A DNA stretch of 64,000 nt, taken from positions 672,001-736,000 of the forward strand of contig CBDCDA010000002.1 of assembly GCA_965215335.1 (NCBI GenBank), written 5' to 3'. A program made the translations under genes and the position numbers. Source of the DNA: an uncultured Candidatus Entotheonella sp. Its GTDB lineage: Bacteria; Tectomicrobia; Entotheonellia; Entotheonellales; Entotheonellaceae. Positions 11,984-20,930 of the stretch are shown one piece after another; position 1 is the stretch's first letter; each line of letters starts with the position of its first letter. The notes beneath the pieces were generated by a model. It did no database searches. It was not told the DNA's origin and worked only from the letters and a program-made list of their open reading frames with translations.

Positions 11984-13302
11984 CAATAGGTCGGACAGAA
12001 TTTAGGCCGCCCTGTCCGCGATCGTGCCATAGTTGCAAAGGTCTTGGTATTCGGGGCTGGATTTTTCCAGGCTATGCCCCTGGGCTAAATACCGAGAAAT
12101 TCGCTCAAGCAGGTGTTGGTTGAAGGCGCGACGTTTGACACTCGCCATGGAAAATCCTGCCTGGCTAACGCCGCTTTGCTGCCGAGCTTCCAGTTTGCCC
12201 AAACTCATAGCACTCGTGCTCGCATTGAAGTGAACATGCAGCTTGGCTTGGGAACGCGCTTGACAGGCACTCAGAGACGTAAACTGCTTGGCGTCCCGAA
12301 AGAGAAATTCGATCTGGAAGCGCGCTTTGCAGGCGCGATAGAGGCTGTGCACATCCACGTCGGTATCCGTGCTGAACAGCACCGCCCGCCGGTGAGTGCG
12401 GGTATCGACCACGAGCACCACACGCAGATTGCGCCGAAGATGCACGTGGTTGAGGACTTGGTGATAGAGCACGACGGCGTCGTCTTGGCTCGCTACACGC
12501 TCAAAGCGTGTCAGGTCGTCCCAATGGACCTTGCCGTCATAAGTCTTGGGTCGCCCGGGTCCTGGGCGTCCCGGTCCTTGGTAGAGATAGCGCAGATTGG
12601 CGTCACGGCGCAGCTTGCCAATCTGATGCAGCCCCAGGGCGTGGAGTCCGTCAAGGAATTTACGTTTGCTGTAATAGCCATCCGTTATCACATGGCGTAG
12701 ATGATGGAGTTGGTGGTCGCAGACCACGCCTCTCAATTGCGCCAGCCAGTCATCGATGCGAGTGCCTTGCACCTCAGAGGTCTTGTCGCTCGGTGGTGTC
12801 TGCTCGACACTGAGGCCATAGGCGCAGTTGTCAGTGATGTCGAGCCAGGCCACCGCAGAGACTTCCAGACCTTTTTCACTGCGCCGCTGTCGGCTATTCC
12901 AGAAGTGCTCAAGACCATAGGTGTGATTGCCACTTTTGGGGATGAAGCTGGCATCAATGACCAGAGCCTGTTGATGCTCGGGCGCGATGACCTGGGTAAT
13001 CGCCGCCTTGTTGAGTGAGACGAAGTCGAAGGGGCGGTCGTACCAGCGCGCGAAGGTGCGCTCATGATACGAACTGTAGCGGCTGAGATTACGAAACGTG
13101 GCATGGCCGGGAAGCATCAGTAGAAGTCCCAATAGATGGGCGATGAATTTGCGTTGCGGTTTCTTGGCTTGGGCCAAGGTCGGCAGTACACTTTGAAGCA
13201 GTCGCACGGGACACCTCCATTCTTTGGTTGCGTGGGCTAACACAACTATGGAATTGGAGAACCCGTGCGACTACCTTGCTCTCAAAACTGTCCGAAGTAT
13301 TG
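11984..13302 (-). mobile_element. IS4/IS701-like DDE IS, copy 1
   Basis: IRs caataggtcggacag / caatacttcggacag; 6-bp target duplication tgggga at 11978-11983 and 13303-13308. Confidence 0.93.
12002..13243 (-). CDS. DDE transposase (IS4/IS701-like)
   Basis: VIDASFIPKSG, TDGYYSK, RFQIEFLFRDAKQ. Confidence 0.9.
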   Translation of the reverse strand: MLAHATKEWRCPVRLLQSVLPTLAQAKKPQRKFIAHLLGLLLMLPGHATFRNLSRYSSYHERTFARWYDRPFDFVSLNKAAITQVIAPEHQQALVIDASFIPKSGNHTYGLEHFWNSRQRRSEKGLEVSAVAWLDITDNCAYGLSVEQTPPSDKTSEVQGTRIDDWLAQLRGVVCDHQLHHLRHVITDGYYSKRKFLDGLHALGLHQIGKLRRDANLRYLYQGPGRPGPGRPKTYDGKVHWDDLTRFERVASQDDAVVLYHQVLNHVHLRRNLRVVLVVDTRTHRRAVLFSTDTDVDVHSLYRACKARFQIEFLFRDAKQFTSLSACQARSQAKLHVHFNASTSAMSLGKLEARQQSGVSQAGFSMASVKRRAFNQHLLERISRYLAQGHSLEKSSPEYQDLCNYGTIADRAA

Positions 13303-13921
13303 TGGGGAATGTCCAATTGTCAATTCGACAGGGCGCTAACCCCGTCCGAGGTAGACCGCATCCGCTGGCACCTGTACCCCGAAATCCGAATTGACAGCCT
13401 GGAGCTTTTCCGCAAGACGTACCCGATGCCGTTTCCGTCCCGGATATCGTCAAGGTGATGGACATCGAGCAGGAACAGTGGGCCCGCGGCCTCGGCGATG
13501 GGCATCGCGTCATTCACGGCGTGGCGGGTTCCGGGAAAACCCTGATCCTGGGATGCCGCTCCGAGGTGCTGGCAGGGATAACTGGCCAAGCCCAATACTC
13601 GTATTGTGTTTCAACATTGCCCTAGTGGCGAAGCTCAGGAGTCACATGAGCAGCAAGGGCATCACCGACAGTGCACGTCTACCATTTTCACGACTGGCGC
13701 GGAGAACAGCTGGAAACGTGTCACGTCGACGTCGTCAAAGGCGACAGAAAATATTGGGAACCCGGAGAAAGTCGCCGAGGAAAGCCGCCTGCTCTATGTC
13801 GCGATGACACGCGCACGCGAATGCCTACTGGTGACGGCGAGCGAGGCGAACGTCTACACGCAGAAGATGGCATCCATCGCCGGTTGCGAAATTACCTGAA
13901 CCGTTCACCGAGGCCGACTTT

Positions 13922-14737
13922 ATGGAGTATCGACACCTCATGGTCGCAACCGCCCTCACCATCGCCGGCTCGGATTCCGGCGGCGGCGCCGGTATTCAGG
14001 CCGATCTGAAGACCTTCGCGGCCCTCGGCGTGTACGGCGCCAGCGCCATTACGGCGATTACGGCGCAGAATACCCGCGGCGTTGACGCCGTGCAGGCTGT
14101 TGACGCCGACATCGTGGCGGCCCAGATTCGCACCGTGACGACTGATATGCGCATTGGCGCGGCGAAAACCGGCATGCTGTTTTCCGGTGAGATCATCACG
14201 GCCACTGCCGTGGCGGTGCAGGAGGTCGGACTGCCTTTTCTGGTGGTGGATCCCGTCATGGTGGCGACGAGCGGCGCTCGTTTGCTGCTGCCGGCTGCCG
14301 AGGCCCGTCTGCGCCGTGACCTCATCCCCCTAGCCACCGTCGTGACCCCCAACCTGGCGGAGACGGAAGTGCTGACCGGCTTCAAGGTGCGTACGCTCGA
14401 CGACATGCGCGCCGCTGCCGAGCGTCTGGTGGCGCACGGCGCCGCGGCCGTGGTGGTGAAAGGCGGACACGCCATCACCAAGGCCACGGACGTGTTTTAT
14501 GACGGCAACCGCATGGAGTTGATGGAGGGCGTCGTGGTTGAAACGTCGAATACCCACGGCACCGGTTGCACCTTTTCTGCCGCCATTTGCGCCTATCTGG
14601 CACGCGGCGCCGACCTCCTGGACGCCGTGCGCCGCGCCAAGACCTATCTCACCGGCGCTCTGCAGAACGCCGAGCCGATCGGACAGGGCAGCGGGCCGGT
14701 CGGGCACTTCTGGAACGTCACCCATGCCGCGGAGTAA
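13922..14737 (+). CDS. thiD: Hydroxymethylpyrimidine/phosphomethylpyrimidine kinase
   Basis: ALTIAGSDSGGGAGIQADLKTF, VVDPVM, NTHGTGCT. Confidence 0.96.
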   Translation: MEYRHLMVATALTIAGSDSGGGAGIQADLKTFAALGVYGASAITAITAQNTRGVDAVQAVDADIVAAQIRTVTTDMRIGAAKTGMLFSGEIITATAVAVQEVGLPFLVVDPVMVATSGARLLLPAAEARLRRDLIPLATVVTPNLAETEVLTGFKVRTLDDMRAAAERLVAHGAAAVVVKGGHAITKATDVFYDGNRMELMEGVVVETSNTHGTGCTFSAAICAYLARGADLLDAVRRAKTYLTGALQNAEPIGQGSGPVGHFWNVTHAAE

Positions 14738-14777
14738 GGCGATCCGGGACGCTGGCAGGCGGCCACCGCCTTTCCAC

Positions 14778-15482
14778 GTGACGCAGCATCCGCAGACGCC
14801 GGGGCAGCCCCGCGTCAGCCTCAGCAAGAAGGCAACGGCTTCGGCCCCCGCCCGCCTGGGCGTCTTGGGCGGCGCCTACAATCCCATCACCCTGGCCCAC
14901 CTGGCGGTCGCCGAGGCCACTAGGTCGCATTTCGGCATCGATGAGGTGCTGTTCCTGCTGCCGCAGGTGCCACCGCACAAAACGATCTTCGGCGCCTCCC
15001 TGGAGCAGCGTCTGGAAATGATGCGACTGGCAGTAGAGGATGTCCCGCATGCCGCCGTGGGGCTCAGCACGCATGGCCTGTTCGCCGATATGTACGAGGG
15101 CCTGCTGGCGGTTTATCCGCAACGTCCGCAGGTGTTTTTTCTCACCGGCCGCGACGCTGCCGAACGCATTTTCGCCTGGCATTACGACGACGCCGAAGCG
15201 GCCCTGAAACGCATGTTCACATCCTTTCAGTTCATCGTTTGCCCGCGTCAAGGTCCTTTCACCTTGCCGGACGACCCGATTCTGACGCCCTACCGCGACC
15301 GCATCCATAGCTGCGAGTTGCCGCCGCAGGCCGACGCGATTTCCGCCACCGAGGTGCGCCAGCACTGCAAACGGGGGCTGCCCATCGACGATCTCGTGCC
15401 CGCCCCCGTGGCCGCCTACATTGCTGCCCACAAGCTGTATACGGCGTCGTCTCCCATGCAAGGCGCCGCTCCATGCACATAG
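14778..15482 (+). CDS. nadD: Nicotinate-nucleotide adenylyltransferase family (start approximate)
   Basis: GVLGGAYNPITLAH, PPHK, ISATEVR, LVPAPVAAYI. Confidence 0.8.
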   Translation: MTQHPQTPGQPRVSLSKKATASAPARLGVLGGAYNPITLAHLAVAEATRSHFGIDEVLFLLPQVPPHKTIFGASLEQRLEMMRLAVEDVPHAAVGLSTHGLFADMYEGLLAVYPQRPQVFFLTGRDAAERIFAWHYDDAEAALKRMFTSFQFIVCPRQGPFTLPDDPILTPYRDRIHSCELPPQADAISATEVRQHCKRGLPIDDLVPAPVAAYIAAHKLYTASSPMQGAAPCT

Positions 15483-16528
15483 GCCTTATCGGGCGCCCGT
15501 CCTGTGGCAAGAGCACCGTTTTCCGCGCCCTGACCAGCGCCGCCGCGCCGGCCCAGACCTCGCGCGCCGGTGCCAAGGGCGATATCCGCGTGGTCGAAGT
15601 GCCGGACGCCCGCCTGCAGACGCTGGCCGACCTGTACAACCCCCGCAAGGTCACGCCGGCCGTGGTGTCGTTTGTCGATCCCGTGCTGACCGGCCAGACG
15701 GGTGCGCGTTTTGCCGAAAGCCTGTTGACCCTGATGCGCGACGCCGACGCCCTGGCCCACGTGGTGGGTGTGTTCGGCGGCGACGCCGACCCGTTGGGCG
15801 ATTTCAGCGACCTCAACAACGAGGTGCTGCTGGCCGACCTCGCGGTGGTGGAAAAGCGTCTGGAACGCGTCACCAAGGACCTTGGCAAAATGAAACAGAC
15901 GGACCTGCAACGGGAACAACAACTGCTGCATCGTTGCCAGGAAGCCCTGGAAGCGGAACACGCGCTGCGGTGTCTGGACTTCAGCGAGGATGAGCGAAAA
16001 TTCCTGCGCGGCTTCGGCCTGCTGAGCAGCAAGGCCCAACTCGTGGTGCTCAATCTCGACGAAGACCACCGCCCGACCGCCGCGGCGCTGGGCAAGGAAT
16101 TCAGCGACAGCCTGGCGGATGACGACGTGCAGGTCATCACCGTGTATGGCCAGATCGAAAGCGAAATGGCCCAACTCGACCCCGAGGCGGCCGAGCTCTT
16201 TCAGCAAGACCTCGGCCTGCAGGAATCGGGGCGCAACCGTTTCATCCGGGCCTCTTACAAGCTTCTCGGCCTGTGCTCGTTCTTCACCGCCGGTGAAAAA
16301 GAGGTGCGTGCCTGGACCCTCCCGCACGGCGCCTTGGCGCAGCAGGCCGCCGGCGTCATTCACTCCGACCTGGCGCGCGGCTTCATCCGCGCCGAGGTCA
16401 TCCATGTCGACGACCTGGTGGCCAGCGGCTCCATGGCCAAAAGCCGCGAGGCCGGCAAGCTGCGTATCGAAGGCAAGACGTATGCGGTTCAGGACGGCGA
16501 CGTCCTGACCATTCGTTTCAACGTTTAG
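15473..16528 (+). CDS. ychF: YchF/Ola1-family ATPase
   Basis: GRPSCGKST, VPDARL, FFTAGEKEVRAW, IHSDLARGFIRAE, VQDGDV..RFNV. Confidence 0.9.
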   Translation: MHIGLIGRPSCGKSTVFRALTSAAAPAQTSRAGAKGDIRVVEVPDARLQTLADLYNPRKVTPAVVSFVDPVLTGQTGARFAESLLTLMRDADALAHVVGVFGGDADPLGDFSDLNNEVLLADLAVVEKRLERVTKDLGKMKQTDLQREQQLLHRCQEALEAEHALRCLDFSEDERKFLRGFGLLSSKAQLVVLNLDEDHRPTAAALGKEFSDSLADDDVQVITVYGQIESEMAQLDPEAAELFQQDLGLQESGRNRFIRASYKLLGLCSFFTAGEKEVRAWTLPHGALAQQAAGVIHSDLARGFIRAEVIHVDDLVASGSMAKSREAGKLRIEGKTYAVQDGDVLTIRFNV

Positions 16529-16553
16529 GCACCTGAAAAGCAAGGAGCGAAAC

Positions 16554-17807
16554 ATGGCAGACAAGGCCCTGGAAGGCGTGCGCATCCTGGACATGACCCA
16601 CGTGCAGTCAGGACCGTCCTGCACCCAGATTCTCGGATTTCTTGGTGCCGACGTCATCAAGCTGGAGCCTCCCGGACGCGGCGACATCACCCGCGGGCAG
16701 CTGCGCGACCTGCCAGACATCGACAGCCTCTACTTCACCATGCTCAACTGCAACAAACGCAGCATCACCCTGAACCTCAAGAGCGCGCCGGGCAAGACGA
16801 TCTTCACCGAATTGCTCAAGACCTCCGACGTGGTCGTCGAGAACTTCGGACCGGGCGTGCTGGCCCGGCTAGGCTTCCCGTGGGAGACGATGCAGGCGGT
16901 CAATCCGCGCATCATCTACGCATCGATCAAGGGCTTCGGCTCCTACGGTCCGAAGAAGGATTTCAAGGCTTACGAGCCCATCGCCCAAGCCATGGGCGGC
17001 TCGATGAGCACCACCGGCCTGGCCGACGGGCCACCGTTGTGCACGGGCTCGCAGGTCGGCGATTCCGGCTCCGGCATTCACATGGTGGCGGCCATCCTGG
17101 CGGCACTCTTCCAGCGCACCCACAGCGGCCGCGGCCAGCGCGTCGAAGTGGCGATGCAGGATAGCGTGCTCAACCTGATCCGCGTCAAAATGCGCGACCA
17201 CCAGCGGCTGCAGCGTGGCACGCTGCCCGAGTATCCGAACACGCCTCTGGCTAACAGGCTTGGAAGTGACGCGGTGCCGCGCTCCGGCAACGCCTCGGGC
17301 GGCGGGCATCCCGGCACGGCTTTGCGCTGCAAGCCCGGTGGCCCGAACGACTACATTTACGTGGTCTTCCAGCCGCAGATCTGGGACGCCCTGCTGCGCA
17401 CCATGGGACGCGAGGACCTGATTGGCGATGCGCGCTTTGCTACCCCGGCGGTGCGCCTGCAACGCCTCGACGAGGTGTATCTCCTGGTGGAATCGTGGAC
17501 CTTGAATTACACCAAGTTCGAGGTGATGGACCGGCTGAACGCCATCGACGTGCCCTGCGGTCCGGTACTCGACAGCGCCGACCTGATCGAGGACGATCAT
17601 TTGCGGGCGCGCGACATGATCGTCGAGGTGCCGCACCCGCAGCGCGGCACCTTCAAGACGGTTGGCAGTCCATTGAAGCTGTCAGACTCGGCAGTGGAGC
17701 TTACTTCGTCGCCGCTGCTGGGCGAGCATACCGCCGAGATTCTGGGACAAGTGATGGGCTACGGTGCGGACGAGGTCGACAAACTGCGGCAGGATGGGGT
17801 GATCTGA
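16554..17807 (+). CDS. frc: Formyl-CoA transferase (class III CoA-transferase)
   Basis: DMTHVQSGPSCTQ, GDITRGQLRD, YFTMLNCNKRS, PRSGNASGGGHPG. Confidence 0.9.
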   Translation: MADKALEGVRILDMTHVQSGPSCTQILGFLGADVIKLEPPGRGDITRGQLRDLPDIDSLYFTMLNCNKRSITLNLKSAPGKTIFTELLKTSDVVVENFGPGVLARLGFPWETMQAVNPRIIYASIKGFGSYGPKKDFKAYEPIAQAMGGSMSTTGLADGPPLCTGSQVGDSGSGIHMVAAILAALFQRTHSGRGQRVEVAMQDSVLNLIRVKMRDHQRLQRGTLPEYPNTPLANRLGSDAVPRSGNASGGGHPGTALRCKPGGPNDYIYVVFQPQIWDALLRTMGREDLIGDARFATPAVRLQRLDEVYLLVESWTLNYTKFEVMDRLNAIDVPCGPVLDSADLIEDDHLRARDMIVEVPHPQRGTFKTVGSPLKLSDSAVELTSSPLLGEHTAEILGQVMGYGADEVDKLRQDGVI

Positions 17808-17823
17808 ACAGACCCGTGAAGAA

Positions 17824-17915
17824 TTGTGGATTGTGGGTTGTGAATGGCGGATCGAAATCCAAAATCAGCAATCTGAAATCACCAATTCCAAAATCACCAG
17901 TCACGAATCCCTGAT
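17824..17915. repeat. Degenerate heptamer tandem repeats between convergent genes
   Basis: ttgtgga-ttgtggg-ttgtgaa followed by aaatcca-aaatcag-caatctg-aaatcac-caattcc-aaaatca. Confidence 0.7.
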
Positions 17916-18905
17916 TTGCTGGCGGGTGTGTCCCAGGCCGGAGAGCTTGAATTGAAAGGTGCCATCCAACATGGCCCGCAGTGCCCGAATGACCGCCTCG
18001 GCCGGCAGGTTATGCAGCCCCAACGGACCCGGCGACGCGGGATGCATCACACAGGCCCGTTCGCTGCGCGGCCCCCACACCAGCGGGTCGGTAGGCCCGA
18101 ATAAGGCCAGCGTGCGCGTGCCAACGGCGGCCGCAAGATGCGTGACGCCGGAGTCGTGACCCACGAAGACCTCACACCTCGCCAAGATTGCCGCCAATTC
18201 CGGCAAGGGCGCGTTTCGCAGCACCTTCCACGCCGGGCTGAGGAGGGTCAGCAACGGGCCGATGCCGCGTTCTTCCTCGGCCGGCCCGCAAATCAATAAG
18301 CCGGGAACGCCCTTCCCGGAAGCCCACGCCATCACCTGTTGCCAGCCTTGCGAGGGCCACAGCTTGTGCCGCCCGCCACTGCCGGGATGCACGGCCAACA
18401 CACCCTGCTCCGGCAAGCCCGCCGATTGCCAGAAACGACCAGCGGCCTGCCGGCTCTCCGTATCGGGATAGACGCACGGCTGGGCAGGTGGGACTTGCCC
18501 CACAAATCGCAGCGCGGGCTGCAGCAGGTGGTCGGTTGCGTGTGTCCCACCGCGCGGGTGCGGCGGCCAAGCGAGGGTTTTGCCGGGACAGTACCGCTTG
18601 AGGTTGTCCGTGAAGGTTGCATCGGGCGTCGGAAGGTAGGACAAAATCAAGTCGAACCCGCTCAGGTAAGCCGCCAGTTGCTGGGACACCCGTGGCTCAT
18701 GGCCGAACAACCGGTAGAGTTCCCACTGCTCGGCGTCGGAGATGGCGTCGGCATAGGCGGGGTGGCGCGCCAGGCAGACCCGCTTGGCGTCGCCCAGGAC
18801 GTCGATATGCGCGTTTGGAAACGCCAGCCGCAGGGTGCCGATCGCCGGCAGGGTGAGAATCACGTCGCCAATCGCCCCGCCGCGTATGACGAGTATCCGT
18901 TGCAC
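17901..18905 (-). CDS. Glycosyltransferase family 9 (heptosyltransferase-like)
   Basis: ILVIRGGAIGDVILTLP, HPGSGG..KLWP, GHDSGVTHLAAA, LFGPTDP. Confidence 0.92.
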   Translation of the reverse strand: MQRILVIRGGAIGDVILTLPAIGTLRLAFPNAHIDVLGDAKRVCLARHPAYADAISDAEQWELYRLFGHEPRVSQQLAAYLSGFDLILSYLPTPDATFTDNLKRYCPGKTLAWPPHPRGGTHATDHLLQPALRFVGQVPPAQPCVYPDTESRQAAGRFWQSAGLPEQGVLAVHPGSGGRHKLWPSQGWQQVMAWASGKGVPGLLICGPAEEERGIGPLLTLLSPAWKVLRNAPLPELAAILARCEVFVGHDSGVTHLAAAVGTRTLALFGPTDPLVWGPRSERACVMHPASPGPLGLHNLPAEAVIRALRAMLDGTFQFKLSGLGHTRQQIRDS

Positions 18906-18920
18906 CCCCCGCCACCTCGC

Positions 18921-20828
18921 CTAACCTTCCACGGTCGCTACCGGCAAACCGGCCATGCACATGATCTTCAGCGCATTCGTCGTTGGGCAAGGTCCCGGAC
19001 GCAACCGGTAATCGAACACCATCCGACCGTCGCCGATCTCCTCCCGAAAATGGAAGTTGTGAATCCCCGGCACGTCCGCGGCCATGCCGACGAGCTCCAG
19101 GTCGTGGGTGGAAATCACGCCGACGCCGCGGCCTTTGGCAAGGGCCTCGATGTAGGCGCGGCTACCGGCCAGGCGCTCATGGTTGTTGGTGCCGCGGAAG
19201 ATTTCGTCGATCAGGTACAGCAATGGCGCTTCGTCCGCGGCGTTCAGGGCGGTCAGCAGGGCCTTGAGGCGTCGCACCTCGGCGTAAAAATACGAAATGC
19301 CGTCCGTCACCGAATCGGTGATCTGGATGCACGTGAACAGCCGCAGGGGCACGGTACGCAGTTCTTCGGCGTGCACCGCGGCGCCGGCGTAGGCCAAGCA
19401 CAGGTTGACCCCCAGGGTACGCAGAAACGTGCTCTTGCCCGACATGTTGGAGCCGGTGATGAGGGCGATGTCGCCCGGCGCGTCGAAGCTGAAGTCGTTG
19501 TGCACGCGCTCGGCGTCCGGCAACAGCGGATGCCCCAGGGCGCGCGCCTGCAGGACCGGTCCGTCCTGCGGCACAATCTCCGGAAAAACGTTGTCGGGGT
19601 GCAGGTAGCTGTGGGTAGCCAGGGCGCTCAGGGCTTCCAGGTCGTACCAGGTGTGAATCCACACCGGCAGCGTGGCCTTGGCCGACGCCTTATAGCGGTT
19701 CAGCCGGTTGGCGAAAAACAGGTCCCACGGCACCAGGACGTTCACTAGAAAGCCGAGCAGGTGGCTCTGTTGCACGCCGGCGGCGCCCGCGATGCGTACG
19801 ATCTTGCGCACCGACGCCGACGGCCGGCTGGCGGCGCGCCAATACGGCTCGCAGAGCTTGGCAAGGTGCGGCGTCTTGCCGTAAGAGAAGCTCTCCAGAC
19901 AGATCAGCACGGTGCGCAAGTGCCGCAGTACCCGTTCAAGTTGCCAGGCGTCGGAAAACAGATTGCGGGCTTCCCGGTGCTTGTAGGTATACAAGACCAA
20001 GTAGGCCAGCAGCGTCGCGGTCCACACAGGCGGCAGGTAGCCCGAGGCGTGCAGGGCCGCAAGCACGAGGTTGGCAAGCGCCAGCAAGCCGAGTCCCCAC
20101 ACCCACGGCGTCAATCGCGGTGGCGATTCCTCCAGAAGCCAAGCGACGATACTGTCGGCGGACCAGCGCGCCTGTGGCTGCGTGCCGAGCAGGAGGCCGT
20201 GCAGGTTGAGCCGATCACGGAAACGTGCGAACGGTATCAGCTCACGGACGATCCGCTGACGCTCGCGCACCGCCTCGGGGGTGTCCAGGGGGTTCAGGAG
20301 CCAGGTGCGCAACCGCGCGCAGCCGCCGTAGGAGGCGCTGGTGTCCAGGAGATGGTGCATGGAACGCGGGCCGAACAGGTTCAGGTCGACGGCGAAGGGG
20401 TGTTCCGGGTGAGGCGCCATGTCAGGCGGCTGCGGTATATTCGCCCAGTCGTGCGTCAGGCGCGCCACGTGGACGGACTTGATGCGCTTCCACACAGCGT
20501 GCCGGATGCCGCTGCGGCACACCCGACGATGCCAGACCGCGGCTCCCACGAAAGCGGCGCCAAACACGCCGAGGATGAGCCAGGCGAAACCGCCGCCAAG
20601 AAAGCGCTCGGCGACCAGCGCGCCGCAAATCCCCACCAACACCAGGACGGTCCGCAGCCGCGAGAAGTTCCGGCTCAGCCGATCCAGGCGCAGCAGGCGG
20701 CCGTCCAATCGTTCTACTTGACGTCGCAGCGCATCCAATCGGCGCTGGCTAGCGTATGAAATCATCGGGCAATCGGCCCCACTCCCCGGGAAAATGCCCC
20801 GGTTATTTACCGGCGCAGAGCTTGACAA
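18921..20828 (-). CDS. Membrane-anchored MutS-related ATPase (domain V); start uncertain, possibly 20765
   Basis: TM segments, ITGSNMSGKSTFLR, SYFYAEVRRL, LIDEIFRGTN, STHDLEL. Confidence 0.9.
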   Translation of the reverse strand: MSSSAPVNNRGIFPGSGADCPMISYASQRRLDALRRQVERLDGRLLRLDRLSRNFSRLRTVLVLVGICGALVAERFLGGGFAWLILGVFGAAFVGAAVWHRRVCRSGIRHAVWKRIKSVHVARLTHDWANIPQPPDMAPHPEHPFAVDLNLFGPRSMHHLLDTSASYGGCARLRTWLLNPLDTPEAVRERQRIVRELIPFARFRDRLNLHGLLLGTQPQARWSADSIVAWLLEESPPRLTPWVWGLGLLALANLVLAALHASGYLPPVWTATLLAYLVLYTYKHREARNLFSDAWQLERVLRHLRTVLICLESFSYGKTPHLAKLCEPYWRAASRPSASVRKIVRIAGAAGVQQSHLLGFLVNVLVPWDLFFANRLNRYKASAKATLPVWIHTWYDLEALSALATHSYLHPDNVFPEIVPQDGPVLQARALGHPLLPDAERVHNDFSFDAPGDIALITGSNMSGKSTFLRTLGVNLCLAYAGAAVHAEELRTVPLRLFTCIQITDSVTDGISYFYAEVRRLKALLTALNAADEAPLLYLIDEIFRGTNNHERLAGSRAYIEALAKGRGVGVISTHDLELVGMAADVPGIHNFHFREEIGDGRMVFDYRLRPGPCPTTNALKIMCMAGLPVATVEG

Positions 20829-20930
20829 CCAAACCCGGGGGCATGTTGTAAAAGGGATCTGCAGCGGACCAGCTGTCGGGGCAAGATCGAGGAACTTGAA
20901 CGCGGTCCCATAGCCGCGCTCCGGCCTTGC

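Larger units (their letters stand above)
11434..13899 (+). pseudogene. NERD nuclease fused to SF1 (UvrD-like) helicase; frameshifted, IS-interrupted, internally deleted
   Basis: TPGERRFAYRLE, GLLFLEVKDW, Walker A HGVAGSGKT (~13515) and motif VI RLLYVAMTRA scattered over several frames. Confidence 0.85.
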
